Part shown: positions 36,092-45,607 of the stretch, in pieces
How the letters are laid out: every line of letters begins with the position of its first letter
How positions within the stretch are numbered: the first letter of the stretch is position 1
Assembly: GCA_023444765.1 (NCBI GenBank)
Contig: JAEXLY010000159.1
Span: 1-48,649, forward strand
Length of the DNA stretch: 48,649 nucleotides
DNA from: Pseudomonadota bacterium
Lineage (GTDB): Bacteria > Pseudomonadota > Gammaproteobacteria > Xanthomonadales > Xanthomonadaceae
Direction: 5' to 3'
Notes under the pieces: model-generated
The model's input: the letters and a program-made list of their open reading frames with translations, nothing else
Databases searched by the model: none
What the model was told of the DNA's origin: nothing
Made by a program: the position numbers and the translations under genes

Positions 36092-37423
36092 TCACTCCGG
36101 ATGGGTAATCGCCTCGTCAGTGCTATCACATGCAGCGTTGGCGCCAACTCGACGGCTCAACTCGGCGCATAGTCCCCTTGCTTCGGCCTCGTCACCGCCG
36201 GCACGCATCAGCTGCGCAAGTCCGCGTGTGGATTCCGGATGCAGGGGTGAATGTCCGAGCACGCGGCGATACCACGCTTCCGCAGCGGACGAATCGCCCC
36301 GGCGTGCGTGACGCTGCGCGATGAGGGTGCCCAGCGGCGCACGCCACGGCCGTATCTGCACGGGGTTGCTCGCATAGCTGCGCTCCATCGTTGCGTAAGC
36401 GCCCTCGAAATAGGGCAACGCTTCCTGCTCACGGCCGGTGATCTCGAGAACATCGCCGATGTTGATCAGCGTTCCCCACGCATCCGGATCGAGCTCGAGG
36501 GCCCGGTCGTACGCGAACAGCGCGTCCTCGAAACGCCCCTGCGCGCTGGCGACGAAGCCGACGGCCTTGTGTGCCGCCGACGAGTCCGGAGCGACGGCTA
36601 CGGCCCGCTCCGCCGTCAGCCGCGCCCGCACCAGTTGCCGCGACGCTGGTTCGCGCTCGAGGTGACCATGTGCGAGCGCGTCTCCGAGGCGGGTGAACTG
36701 CACCGATGGCTGGCTTGGTAGGTCAGGCCAGCGGACCGCGCGCTGCACGAGGGCATTCGCCAGCCCAGCAAGCGCATGCGCGTCATCGGGTTGAAGGACG
36801 AGAACGCGCTCGTAAAGCTCGATCGCCGACTCGTTGTCCCCGCGTTCGAATTGGAAGTAGAAATCGTCCGCCTGGGTGGTCAGGGCGCGCGGATCGCCCA
36901 CGTCGTGCGCCGGGGCGATTCCGTGGCGTGAGAGCCACGCCGCGCCTGTCACCAGCGCCAATGCCGCCGCTGTGCACAGTGCGAGCCCGGCCCGGCGTGG
37001 CAGGCCGGATCGGGCGGGCGATCCCGCGGCGGGTGCGATGTTGGCCGGCGTTTCAGCGGACGGTGCGGACACCGTGTCCGCAATCAACCGATAGCCCCGC
37101 TTGGACAGCGTCTCGATATAGCGCGGCGCCTTGGCATCGTCGCCCAGCGCCTGCCTCAGCTTGAACACCGCTCGCGCCAGGCTGTCGTCCCCGACCACCT
37201 GACCGGGCCACAGTGCCTCCATGATCCGCTCGCGACCGACCGCTTCACCGGGCGACGCGGCCAGCAGGAACAGCAGATCCGCCACCTTTGGCTCAAGCCG
37301 CTGGGTCCCGTCCGGCCCGGTGAGCTCGCCGGATGCGCGGACGACCCGCCGGTCGCCGAGCTGGATCTCATCAGGGCAAGTTATTGATTTCAATGTGATC
37401 AGATATGCGGATGTGCGCGTCAA
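36092..37423 (-). CDS. CadC/ToxR-like membrane regulator: winged helix, TM segment, TPR repeats
   Basis: LEPKVADLL, LWPGQVVGDDSLARAVFKLRQALGD, YIETLSKRGYRL; hydrophobic segment; TPR motifs; start uncertain. Confidence 0.88.
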   Translation of the reverse strand: MTRTSAYLITLKSITCPDEIQLGDRRVVRASGELTGPDGTQRLEPKVADLLFLLAASPGEAVGRERIMEALWPGQVVGDDSLARAVFKLRQALGDDAKAPRYIETLSKRGYRLIADTVSAPSAETPANIAPAAGSPARSGLPRRAGLALCTAAALALVTGAAWLSRHGIAPAHDVGDPRALTTQADDFYFQFERGDNESAIELYERVLVLQPDDAHALAGLANALVQRAVRWPDLPSQPSVQFTRLGDALAHGHLEREPASRQLVRARLTAERAVAVAPDSSAAHKAVGFVASAQGRFEDALFAYDRALELDPDAWGTLINIGDVLEITGREQEALPYFEGAYATMERSYASNPVQIRPWRAPLGTLIAQRHARRGDSSAAEAWYRRVLGHSPLHPESTRGLAQLMRAGGDEAEARGLCAELSRRVGANAACDSTDEAITHPE

Positions 37424-37527
37424 GAAAGCAGGAGGAAACCGTCATGGCGCGGAGAGGATTGCTCGGTTCTCATGGCGCGGCAAGCGCTGGACCGCTCCTT
37501 GCAGCCCCACAAGCCCGAGACTTCCGC

Positions 37528-39033
37528 ATGCCTTTGTCCCCGAAATCGTTCCTCGCACTCGCCCTGCTCATCCTGGCCGGCGCCCCTGCGGCGTGTGCCG
37601 CACCTCCGGCCCAGCCCCCTACCGCGGCGCCGCGATCGACGCCGGCCCAGGCCGACCTGGACCACCTGTACAAAGCGCTGCAGGCGTCGCACTACGATTT
37701 GTTCGCCCACCGCCCACGCGCGGAGTACGACGCGCTGTATCGCCGGATGCGCGGCCAGCTGGAAACGTCGGCCCTTGGCCAAGACGACCTGCGGCGCGAG
37801 CTCCAGCGCTTCGTGGCCTACGGCAATGTCGCCCATGCCAGCATCGACCCGCCGATGGCCGAATGGGAGGCCTACCGGTCGGCCGGCGGCGGCGCATTCC
37901 CGCTGGGTCTGCGCGTGGTCGGCGAGCGCGTCTTCGTGCAGGACGACTACAGCGGCGTCGAGGCCATCGCGCCGGGCGACGAAGTGCGTTCGATCGACGG
38001 GGTGCCCGTGCTCGAATGGCTCGGGCGCGTCCGCACGCTCGTTTCGGCCGACAACGACTACCTGGCCTATACGCAGCTGGAGATGAGGCTCCCCATGCTG
38101 GTGTGGTGGCTCGGCGACCGCGCAGCGCAGTACGTCGTCGAGACGGCCACACCCGGGGGCGGGCACCACCGCGTGACCGTGCCCGCGCGCAGTCGCGCGG
38201 AGTTCGAAGCCGCGGCAGCCGCGGCGCCTGCGCGGTTCGAACCGGACTGGAACGAGCGCGTCGCGCGCGTGACGGAGGATGGCATCGGCTACCTGCGACC
38301 CGGCCCGTTCTACGACAACCGGGCGAACTCCACCAACCCTTGGGATCCGTCCGCGTTCCGCGCCTTCATCGACGAAGCGTTCACGCGCTTCATCGAGGCC
38401 GAAGCCGGTGCCGTCCTGATCGATCTGCGCAACAACCCGGGCGGGGACAATTCCTTTTCGGACCCGATGATCGCGTGGTTTGCCGACGAGCCGTTCCGCT
38501 TCAGCCCGGAGTTCGATATCCGCGTCAGCGAGGCCGCAAGCGCTTCGAATACGAAGCGCCTGGAGGCAACGGGCATGGACCCGGAGTCGACCTCGGCGAA
38601 GCTGGCCGCCGTGTATGCGGGTAAGCCCGCCGGCAGCCGCGTGAGCTTTCCAATTCCACTGGTGCAGCCGCGCAGCGGCGAACGCTTTACCAAGCAGGTG
38701 TACCTGCTCATCAACCGGCACTCCTACTCGAACGCCGTACTCGTCGCCGCCATTGGGCAGGATTATGGTTTCGCGACGGTGCTAGGCGAGGAAACAGCGG
38801 ATCTGACGAGCACCTATGGCGCGGCGGAGAAGTTCAAACTCCCCCATTCGGACATTGAAGTGACGTTTCCCAAGGCACGCATCCTGCGGCCCAACGGAGA
38901 CCCCTCGCCGCGGGGCGTGGTGCCCGACATCCCGATCCGGATGCCTGTGATCCCGACCGAGACCGATGTCGTTCTCGACGCGGCGCTGCAGGAGGTGCTG
39001 AAGAGCTCGCCTCGCGAGCCTGACCGCCGGTGA
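37528..39033 (+). CDS. Exported S41-family peptidase
   Basis: Signal peptide, PDZ-like GDEVRSIDG, LIDLRNNPGG, SYSNA, VLGEET, RGVVPD. Confidence 0.85.
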   Translation: MPLSPKSFLALALLILAGAPAACAAPPAQPPTAAPRSTPAQADLDHLYKALQASHYDLFAHRPRAEYDALYRRMRGQLETSALGQDDLRRELQRFVAYGNVAHASIDPPMAEWEAYRSAGGGAFPLGLRVVGERVFVQDDYSGVEAIAPGDEVRSIDGVPVLEWLGRVRTLVSADNDYLAYTQLEMRLPMLVWWLGDRAAQYVVETATPGGGHHRVTVPARSRAEFEAAAAAAPARFEPDWNERVARVTEDGIGYLRPGPFYDNRANSTNPWDPSAFRAFIDEAFTRFIEAEAGAVLIDLRNNPGGDNSFSDPMIAWFADEPFRFSPEFDIRVSEAASASNTKRLEATGMDPESTSAKLAAVYAGKPAGSRVSFPIPLVQPRSGERFTKQVYLLINRHSYSNAVLVAAIGQDYGFATVLGEETADLTSTYGAAEKFKLPHSDIEVTFPKARILRPNGDPSPRGVVPDIPIRMPVIPTETDVVLDAALQEVLKSSPREPDRR

Positions 39034-39336
39034 GAGACGATGTGGGCGGATGTATTCGACTCGTCACTGCTCGATTGCTCCAAGTAGCAGTTTTTAACGG
39101 CCAAACGAAGACCCTTGGCTTACAGGAAAGCGTCCGCTGCACCAGCGTACTCGGACGCGGAATCCTCGACATGGGTGCTCGGAGTCAAGACAAGGCGCCC
39201 GTGGCGAATGGATGAGGCCGCGGCGACTTTTATGTACAAGGCTGCTTCGCGCGGCGTTGGCGACATACGTCGAGCGGCCGCGGCTCAATCGCCTCGCTCG
39301 CAATGCGCTTCCCTCTTCCACGCACAGGAACAGAAC

Positions 39337-39657
39337 GTGAGACATCTCCTCCCGTTGTGCTTTGTTGTTCTCCTTGCCACCGGATGCGATAGCCCTTCAG
39401 CGGAACAGCCCCTGCCGACGGTTGATCGCGAGGGAACGCTCACCGTGCCGGCAGACTACGCGCCCGGTCCGAAGACCGACCTGTCGAGGGTCGATTGTCC
39501 GCAGTACCTGGCGATGACGCCCGTCGAGATGCGAAACGAGATGAAAGCGCTGTGCGCGCAGAGCACGACGCCCGAGGCGCGTGCGCGCAACCCGATGTGC
39601 GAAGCGCAGAGAATTACCGACCACTGCGAGCGCAGCGGAAAGGCAGCGCGTTCATGA
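39337..39657 (+). CDS. Small Cys-containing lipoprotein
   Basis: GTG start, hydrophobic stretch with lipobox LATGC, four further Cys; stop overlaps next ATG. Confidence 0.65.
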   Translation: MRHLLPLCFVVLLATGCDSPSAEQPLPTVDREGTLTVPADYAPGPKTDLSRVDCPQYLAMTPVEMRNEMKALCAQSTTPEARARNPMCEAQRITDHCERSGKAARS

Positions 39658-40172
39658 CGCCTACGTCGAGCGCAGTGCGCGCACTGATTTTCGTTCTGCT
39701 GTTGGCACACCTGCCCTCGACTGCGCTTGCGCAAAGTGTCCGCCTCGGGAGCGGCACCGTTTCGATCGGCGACTCCGTACAGACGCTGACGAAGGTCGCC
39801 GGCAAACCAGATCGCGTCCGGCCCTTTCCCCGCTCGCCGTCGTTCACGCTGTACGAGTATTCGCCCGACGGTCGCCAAGTGAACGTCAGCGTCAGCAACG
39901 GCAAGGTGACCGGGATCGCGGACAACACCATTGTCAGCAGACCGGGCCCGGCGGTCTTCAAAGGCATCGAACTCAATGGCAGCACCATCGTGACGGGGGA
40001 CACCCTCACGAAGCTGTTGCAGACCGCCAGAAAGCCCGACCGGATCCGATCCTCCGCCGGCGCGCCCGAGATGTCGGTATATGAGTATTTTTCCAACGGC
40101 CGACAGGTCAGCGTGACCGTCGGCAACGGTGTGGTCAGCGGCACCTCGGAAATACGGGCGATCCAGAAATAG
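39654..40172 (+). CDS. Exported protein with two tandem ~70-aa domains (DUF2845-like)
   Basis: Signal peptide; repeated GD...L...KPDR.R...YEY..xGRQV.V.V.NG.V. Confidence 0.75.
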   Translation: MTPTSSAVRALIFVLLLAHLPSTALAQSVRLGSGTVSIGDSVQTLTKVAGKPDRVRPFPRSPSFTLYEYSPDGRQVNVSVSNGKVTGIADNTIVSRPGPAVFKGIELNGSTIVTGDTLTKLLQTARKPDRIRSSAGAPEMSVYEYFSNGRQVSVTVGNGVVSGTSEIRAIQK

Positions 40173-40263
40173 TCGCCCAGAGTGATCCGCATTGTTACTG
40201 CGACCGAGGCTCGCCGAGCCTGCGCCGCTGGCACCGCCACGCGCGCTGCCAGCGGGGTCGGAG

Positions 40264-40291
40264 AGGGCCGCTATGGGTCGGAAGCGACCAT
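40264..40291. repeat. 28-bp palindromic site E (spacer GGGTCG)
   Basis: AGGGCCGCTAT-GGGTCG-GAAGCGACCAT. Confidence 0.78.
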
Positions 40292-40430
40292 GCCCTCCGC
40301 CTCAGCGATAACCATCCTGAACTCGCCTGTCCTGCAAGTGCATTACGGCCGTAGATGCGGCCACGGCACCACTGTCCGAGAGGTACACGACGAGTTCGGC
40401 GCGCTGACCGAGGTCACTCATGGACGGAAC

Positions 40431-40556
40431 TTATCCGCTAGTACCCGCTTCGGGTAGGTGACTAGAGCACTTCACGTTGCGCGCGCTCCACAGCCAAAAA
40501 AGTACGACAGATCCCCAGACGATCTCGAATGCGATGGATATGGGGTGCTCCGTCAT
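40431..40556 (-). pseudogene. Truncated membrane-protein gene (N-terminal TM only)
   Basis: MTEHPISIAFEIVWGSVVLFWLWSARNVK coupled by ATGA to anti-sigma gene; then runs into degenerate site and stops at 41 aa. Confidence 0.5.
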
Positions 40557-41614
40557 GGAGTCTCCCGTTCGGTGACCGATACGGCGGCCTTCTGATTCGC
40601 AGACTCCGTCCAGGGGAATGCATCCCGCCAGTTGAGCCACCATGCCTTGGGGGGGCGCGGAATGCGCTCCCACCATAGATTCATCGCATGCATGCTGCCA
40701 CGTGACCACGCTTCGCGGTGCTGGGCGTCCGTCTGCAAGTCGAGCAGCGCCGCCAGCTTCGAATAGACTGGCCCGCTGGCCAGTGCTGGATAGCGTGTCA
40801 GTAGACTGAGCAGAGCGAAGCTGTCCGCTGGCGTCGCCTCGCGGACGACTGCCTCCTCGCCGCCGGGCGGACGCCCTCCTTCCGCCATCGCCAGATCAAG
40901 TTGGCGGACGGCCGCGCGGAACGCGGCGCTCGACGTGGTCGCGAGGGGAATGCCACTGCGCGTCGCATCGAAGTCGAGGCCCGATCCCGCTGGCACCAGG
41001 GTCTCCTGCCCGTTGACGCGATGCATGATCCAGCCGTTGGTGACGTGGATCGTCCCCTCGCCCCGCAGGTTGCGGCTCATCTCGAATTCGCAGCCTAGGT
41101 CGACGGTCTCACTGGCACCCGCCGCAATGGCGAAGTATCCGGGGGGCGCCCAGATGCGCGCACGCACGCGCCCTTCCAGCAGTTCTAGACGATGATGGCC
41201 ACCGCGCGTATCCAGCAGCCGGATCCGCGTTCCCGGCAAGACCTCCATGCGGCCGATGCGTGCCACCTGGACTGTGGCCGATTCTCCGGCGCGGGTCGTC
41301 AGCGTCGTGCCCACGTCTAGCGCGGCCAATGCGGGACCGGCGTCCGCATCGACCGCCCATTGCCGGCGCTCCTCCCATTGCAGGCGCCAAGGCACCCAGA
41401 CGGCGACGCCGGCCATGCATGCCGCAAGCGCGATGGTGGCGGCCAGCAAGGCGCGCTGCGCGCGCCTGCGCGGAACGGCCGGCGGCGCTGCCGACCACAC
41501 CCGGTCGGGTGACAGAACATGCCGGTACCGGCGTAGCAACGACGTGAGATGCGCCAGTGTCTCGTCGCTGGGTTGCTGCGGATCCCACAGCGGATCAGGT
41601 CGTTCGATCATCAC
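40553..41614 (-). CDS. FecR-like anti-sigma factor
   Basis: Single TM, then FecR-like LTTRAGESATVQV...LELLEGRV...VDLGCEF; overlaps sigma factor 3' end. Confidence 0.75.
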   Translation of the reverse strand: MMIERPDPLWDPQQPSDETLAHLTSLLRRYRHVLSPDRVWSAAPPAVPRRRAQRALLAATIALAACMAGVAVWVPWRLQWEERRQWAVDADAGPALAALDVGTTLTTRAGESATVQVARIGRMEVLPGTRIRLLDTRGGHHRLELLEGRVRARIWAPPGYFAIAAGASETVDLGCEFEMSRNLRGEGTIHVTNGWIMHRVNGQETLVPAGSGLDFDATRSGIPLATTSSAAFRAAVRQLDLAMAEGGRPPGGEEAVVREATPADSFALLSLLTRYPALASGPVYSKLAALLDLQTDAQHREAWSRGSMHAMNLWWERIPRPPKAWWLNWRDAFPWTESANQKAAVSVTERETP

Positions 41615-42155
41615 CCCTCTCCTCGTGCTGCGTGACGATGCCTAGCGCATCGCGCAGCCGGGCCATGCCGCGATGGAGGTTCACGCGGACCGACTCCGGC
41701 GTCAGTCCGGTCAGGTTTGCGATCTCCGGACCGCTCAGGCCTTCGACCAGGCGCAGCATCAGGGTTTCGCGGTAGGCCTCGGGCAAGCGCCGGATCGCGT
41801 GCAAGGCTTCGCTGGCCTGGGCGGCCGCATCGGGGCCCGCGCCGGGCCACGCAGGATCATCGGTCTCCGCAAGGTCGCGCTCATCGACCGCGGAAACCAA
41901 ACGGTGCCGGCGTGCGATCATCGCGATCCACGGGCCGAATGAGGCGGGCTCGCGCAATTGCGCCAATCGGTCGAACGCGACGACGAAGGTTTCCTGAGTC
42001 AGTTCTTCCGCCCGTGCGCGCGACGTCACGCCCAGATGGATGGCATGCACCAGCGGCGCGAAGCTGCGGTAGAGCCACGCGAACGCCGCCTGCGATCCGC
42101 GCCGCGCGTCCTGCACCTGCTTGGCGATTTCAGCGGGATCGATCGTGGCCTTCAT
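41595..42155 (-). CDS. ECF RNA polymerase sigma factor
   Basis: AEELTQETFV, SFGPWIAMIAR, LPEAYRETLMLR..EGLS..EIA...VRVNLHRG. Confidence 0.92.
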   Translation of the reverse strand: MKATIDPAEIAKQVQDARRGSQAAFAWLYRSFAPLVHAIHLGVTSRARAEELTQETFVVAFDRLAQLREPASFGPWIAMIARRHRLVSAVDERDLAETDDPAWPGAGPDAAAQASEALHAIRRLPEAYRETLMLRLVEGLSGPEIANLTGLTPESVRVNLHRGMARLRDALGIVTQHEERGDDRTT

Positions 42156-42282
42156 GGCCCATGGGGTCCGGGGTGGCCTGGAAGTAGAGGGCGGTCCGAG
42201 CGGAAGTGTTAACACGCCGGACGCGGTTAACGCAGCGTGGCGACGCCGGCTCTTCCTTTGTGAGACCCATCGGAGACCGCAC

Positions 42283-42951
42283 ATGCCCCCCGCCAAGCCC
42301 TTGTGCCGCGCCCGTACTGCCCGTGTCGCGCGAGTACTCGTCGCGTCACTGCTTGCCGCATGCTCAGCGCCGGGTGCCGCCGCCACGCCCGTCGTCGGGT
42401 TGCCCTGCGAGGACTGCGACGTGCCCCTGGTCGGACTGCCCGCCGATCCTCCCGCCCTTGTCCGCCTGGCGCCCGAGGACGAACCCGGCGAGCGCCTGCG
42501 CCTGACCGGACGGGTGACCGACGCGCAAGGCAGGCCACGCCGCGGCGTGGTCGTGTACGCCCACCAGACCGACCGCGAAGGCATCTACCCCGGCGAAGGC
42601 GCCAAAGGCGATGACGGCATTCGCCAGCATGGACGACTGCGCGCCTGGGCCGCGAGCGATACGGACGGGAGGTACACCTTCCTGACCATCCGTCCCGGCA
42701 GCTATCCGCGCAGCACGATGCCGCAGCACATCCACCTGTATGTCATCGAGCCCGGCTGCGCGCTGTACTACATCGACGACGTGCTGTTCCGAGACGACCC
42801 GCACCTGACCGCCTCGGCCGCGCGCAACGCGAACAAAGGGCGCGGTGGCAGCGGCATCGTGGCGCCGGTGCGGACCGCGGACGGATGGCTGGCGCACCGG
42901 GACATCGTGCTGGGCCAGAACATCCCGGGCTATCCCGAGTGTGCGCCATGA
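42283..42951 (+). CDS. Exported intradiol ring-cleavage dioxygenase-like protein
   Basis: Lipobox-like LAACS, CEDC, EPGERLRLTGRV, YAHQTD..GIY, YTFLTIRPGSY, PQHIH. Confidence 0.82.
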   Translation: MPPAKPLCRARTARVARVLVASLLAACSAPGAAATPVVGLPCEDCDVPLVGLPADPPALVRLAPEDEPGERLRLTGRVTDAQGRPRRGVVVYAHQTDREGIYPGEGAKGDDGIRQHGRLRAWAASDTDGRYTFLTIRPGSYPRSTMPQHIHLYVIEPGCALYYIDDVLFRDDPHLTASAARNANKGRGGSGIVAPVRTADGWLAHRDIVLGQNIPGYPECAP

Positions 42952-43553
42952 GACCGCAGCCCTTGGGACGCTATCCCTGCGTCCTGCGCGTGCTGCATTG
43001 GCTGCTCGCCCTGATGCTGGTCCTGCAGTTCGTGCTCGGCTTCGCAGCGGAGTATGGCGCTGCGCGGATTTCCGAGGCGCTGCTGCCGCTCCATTTCCGG
43101 CTCGGCGTAATGATCCTGGGACTGACGGCACTGCGCCTGTGCCTCCGACTCGTGATGCCGACGCCAGCGGCCGACCCTGGAGAGCCGCCCGGTCTCCGTC
43201 GCGCCCGGTCGGCGGTCCATGGTGTGCTGTACCTGCTGATGCTGGCGGTGCCGGTCAGCGGGCATGTCATCTGGGTGTGGATGGGCGCGGACCGGACCTT
43301 GTTCGGCGCACTTGAAGTGCCGGCGCTGTTCGTCCCGCCCGCCGACGAAACCGGCCGCGCCGTCGCCTGGTACGTGCATGTTTACGGCGCCTGGATCCTG
43401 CTGGGGCTCGTAGGCCTCCACATACTCGCTGCAGTACTCCGCCAGCGGGCGCGAGGGGATGGGTTCATCACCCAACGCATGGGGTTCAAGCGGCTTCAGC
43501 GGGTCGGAAAGAGACATCTCGATAGAGATGTACCACTTCAGTCTGCCTATTGA
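42948..43553 (+). CDS. Cytochrome b561 (YceJ/CybB-like)
   Basis: LHWLLA, LHFRLG, VHGVLY.LM..VPVSG, VHVY...LHILAA; coupled by ATGA; C-terminus reads through site F. Confidence 0.85.
   Translation: MRPQPLGRYPCVLRVLHWLLALMLVLQFVLGFAAEYGAARISEALLPLHFRLGVMILGLTALRLCLRLVMPTPAADPGEPPGLRRARSAVHGVLYLLMLAVPVSGHVIWVWMGADRTLFGALEVPALFVPPADETGRAVAWYVHVYGAWILLGLVGLHILAAVLRQRARGDGFITQRMGFKRLQRVGKRHLDRDVPLQSAY
43490..43517. repeat. 28-bp site F (degenerate/hybrid, spacer GGGTCG)
   Basis: GCGGCTTCAGC-GGGTCG-GAAAGAGACAT. Confidence 0.55.
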
Positions 43554-44482
43554 ACCAAAGTGCCGATCCTTGGGCTTGCGCTGATCTCAGCCTGCATTCC
43601 CGAGTTGAACTCCAGAAAATCATGCTCCACGCCGTCGCTAAAGATCACCCCGTAGTCCGGCATGGCCGAGATCAGTCGCAGTGACAGCCCCGGTTCGATG
43701 CGCCCGAACACGAGCTCAGCTTGCGAACTGCGGCTCGGAAACGGCTCGCGTACGGTGAAGTAGAGGTGGTCTGATTCCCAAGGGAATCCTGCGAGCTGCA
43801 AGGCTTTTAGTTCTTCGGCGCTGGCGGGGCCGGCCATCGCCAAGGCGCCTGTCAGGAGGCTGCGGAACCAACCGGTCGAGCCCATTCCGGTCGAGACAAT
43901 GATGCCGCTCGACGAATGCGTTTCACGCCGATCATCCAGTTCGATCGTGTAACGGGCTGATACGTGCGAGCGTGGGCCGATGAACAGGTCGTTGACCGCG
44001 TGCAGTTCCTGCCCGTCGCTGAGCGTGACGCGGGCCATCGTGACCGATCGCGTATTGCGTTTCCCGGCCTGCGCTTCCGGGACGATCTTTTTCAGATCCG
44101 GTACGGCAAAGGGCAGGAGCACGCCGTCCCAACGCTTGGGATCCGGGTTTACCCCGATCACCGGCTGGCCACTCAGGTATTTCAGCGTGTTCGCCACCAA
44201 GCCGTCCTGTCCGACCACAACGACCAGGCAATCCGGCGGGAACAGGAAGTTTGGAACCAGGCTCCGCTCCAGCTTCTGCACACGCCCATAGCGAAGAAGC
44301 GTTGATTCCACGGACTCAACAGCCTGGTGGTAGACGGCGTGTTCGGTTTCATAGTCGGAGAAGTCGGCGCCCAGGTGCTCGACATAGAACCTGGCCTGCT
44401 CGACGGTGTTCAGTCGAGCAACCAGATCCTCGAGCCGTGTACGCCGCGTCACCACGATGATCCGGTGCTGCAGGGCGTCCAT
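43547..44482 (-). CDS. NAD kinase-like protein
   Basis: VVVGQDGL (GGDG variant), VIGVN, AVNDLFIG, SSGIIVSTGMGSTGW. Confidence 0.82.
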   Translation of the reverse strand: MDALQHRIIVVTRRTRLEDLVARLNTVEQARFYVEHLGADFSDYETEHAVYHQAVESVESTLLRYGRVQKLERSLVPNFLFPPDCLVVVVGQDGLVANTLKYLSGQPVIGVNPDPKRWDGVLLPFAVPDLKKIVPEAQAGKRNTRSVTMARVTLSDGQELHAVNDLFIGPRSHVSARYTIELDDRRETHSSSGIIVSTGMGSTGWFRSLLTGALAMAGPASAEELKALQLAGFPWESDHLYFTVREPFPSRSSQAELVFGRIEPGLSLRLISAMPDYGVIFSDGVEHDFLEFNSGMQAEISASPRIGTLVQ

Positions 44483-44485
44483 GGC

Positions 44486-45517
44486 CTACTTCCTCGACGT
44501 GTTGGCTGCCGGATGGGTGAGCTGCTGCAGGAGGTCGGGGGAGATGTTCAGCTCACCGATCTTGCCGGCGTTCTGGGCCAGCTCTTGGAAGGCCGCGGCA
44601 ATGATCGTGCCCGGTTCGGCGCTCCCCAGCGCCAGGGCCTGGAGCACCTTCGGGTCGACGCCGCTGACCGTCTTGATCAGGGCGTTCATGCCGTAGGCCT
44701 TGGCATCGGCTTCGCGTCTGGCATTGGCGGAGCGCAGTTCAGTCAGCGCCTCGTTCTCCTTCTCGTGCGAGATCTTGCCCTGCATCTCCTGGGCCTGGAT
44801 CTGCTGGCGCTTGTCCAGCAGCGCCCGTTCGGCCTCCATCTGGGTTTCCCGGATCTGACGCTTCTTGGTCTCGACGGCGATCTCGGTGTTGAGCTCGTTT
44901 TCCTTGACCGCGCGCTCCTGCTCGATGGCGGCGTTGCGACGCACGTACAGCGCATCATCGGCCTCCTTGAGGATCTGCTCGCGGATCGTCGCTTCCAGGG
45001 CCCGGGCAGTGTCCGGCGTCGGCTTGATGGCCAGGACTGCCAGGCTAACCAGTTCCAGGCCGAGGCTGGGGAGGCCATCCGGTTGACGCAGGCCGTCGCG
45101 GACGGCCTGCACCAGTCCTTCGGACTCGCGCAGCAATGCCTGCAGGCTCTGTCCCTGCAGGGCAGCACGCAACTGCACCTGGACCGCATTGACCACGCGC
45201 TGCGGCAACTTTCCGGGGTCCTCGGAGACGTAGTCGTTGCCGCTGGCCTTGAGCGTGAAGTTCATCAGCGAGGCCAGCAGCTTGGGTTCGGTCACGCGAT
45301 AGGTGACCTGCCCCTGGACAGTGACTTCCTGGAAGTCCGAACTGACCTCGCGGAACATGAAGGGCACGTCCACGCTTTCCATGGGGATCGAGACGAGCGA
45401 GGCGCTGGGCGAGAAGTAAAAGAAGGCCAGACCCGTGCCCTCGCGGACAGGCTGGCCATTGCGGTACTGGATCAGGTAAGTGGTGGGGCTGACCTTGGCG
45501 TAGCGGATGCCGAACAT
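44486..45517 (-). CDS. SPFH/band-7 domain protein with C-terminal coiled coil
   Basis: N-terminal beta-rich SPFH domain (DFQEVTVQGQVTYRV), long E/K/Q/R coiled coil, KIGELNISPDLL. Confidence 0.85.
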   Translation of the reverse strand: MFGIRYAKVSPTTYLIQYRNGQPVREGTGLAFFYFSPSASLVSIPMESVDVPFMFREVSSDFQEVTVQGQVTYRVTEPKLLASLMNFTLKASGNDYVSEDPGKLPQRVVNAVQVQLRAALQGQSLQALLRESEGLVQAVRDGLRQPDGLPSLGLELVSLAVLAIKPTPDTARALEATIREQILKEADDALYVRRNAAIEQERAVKENELNTEIAVETKKRQIRETQMEAERALLDKRQQIQAQEMQGKISHEKENEALTELRSANARREADAKAYGMNALIKTVSGVDPKVLQALALGSAEPGTIIAAAFQELAQNAGKIGELNISPDLLQQLTHPAANTSRK

Positions 45518-45607
45518 GGTGCTCTCCTCGGAAGTTCCTTCCAGGGGTGACGGACCCGGTCTTTCCGGTTCCGGCGCGGACGGTCGCGGCCGCGCAACGC
45601 GTCTGGC

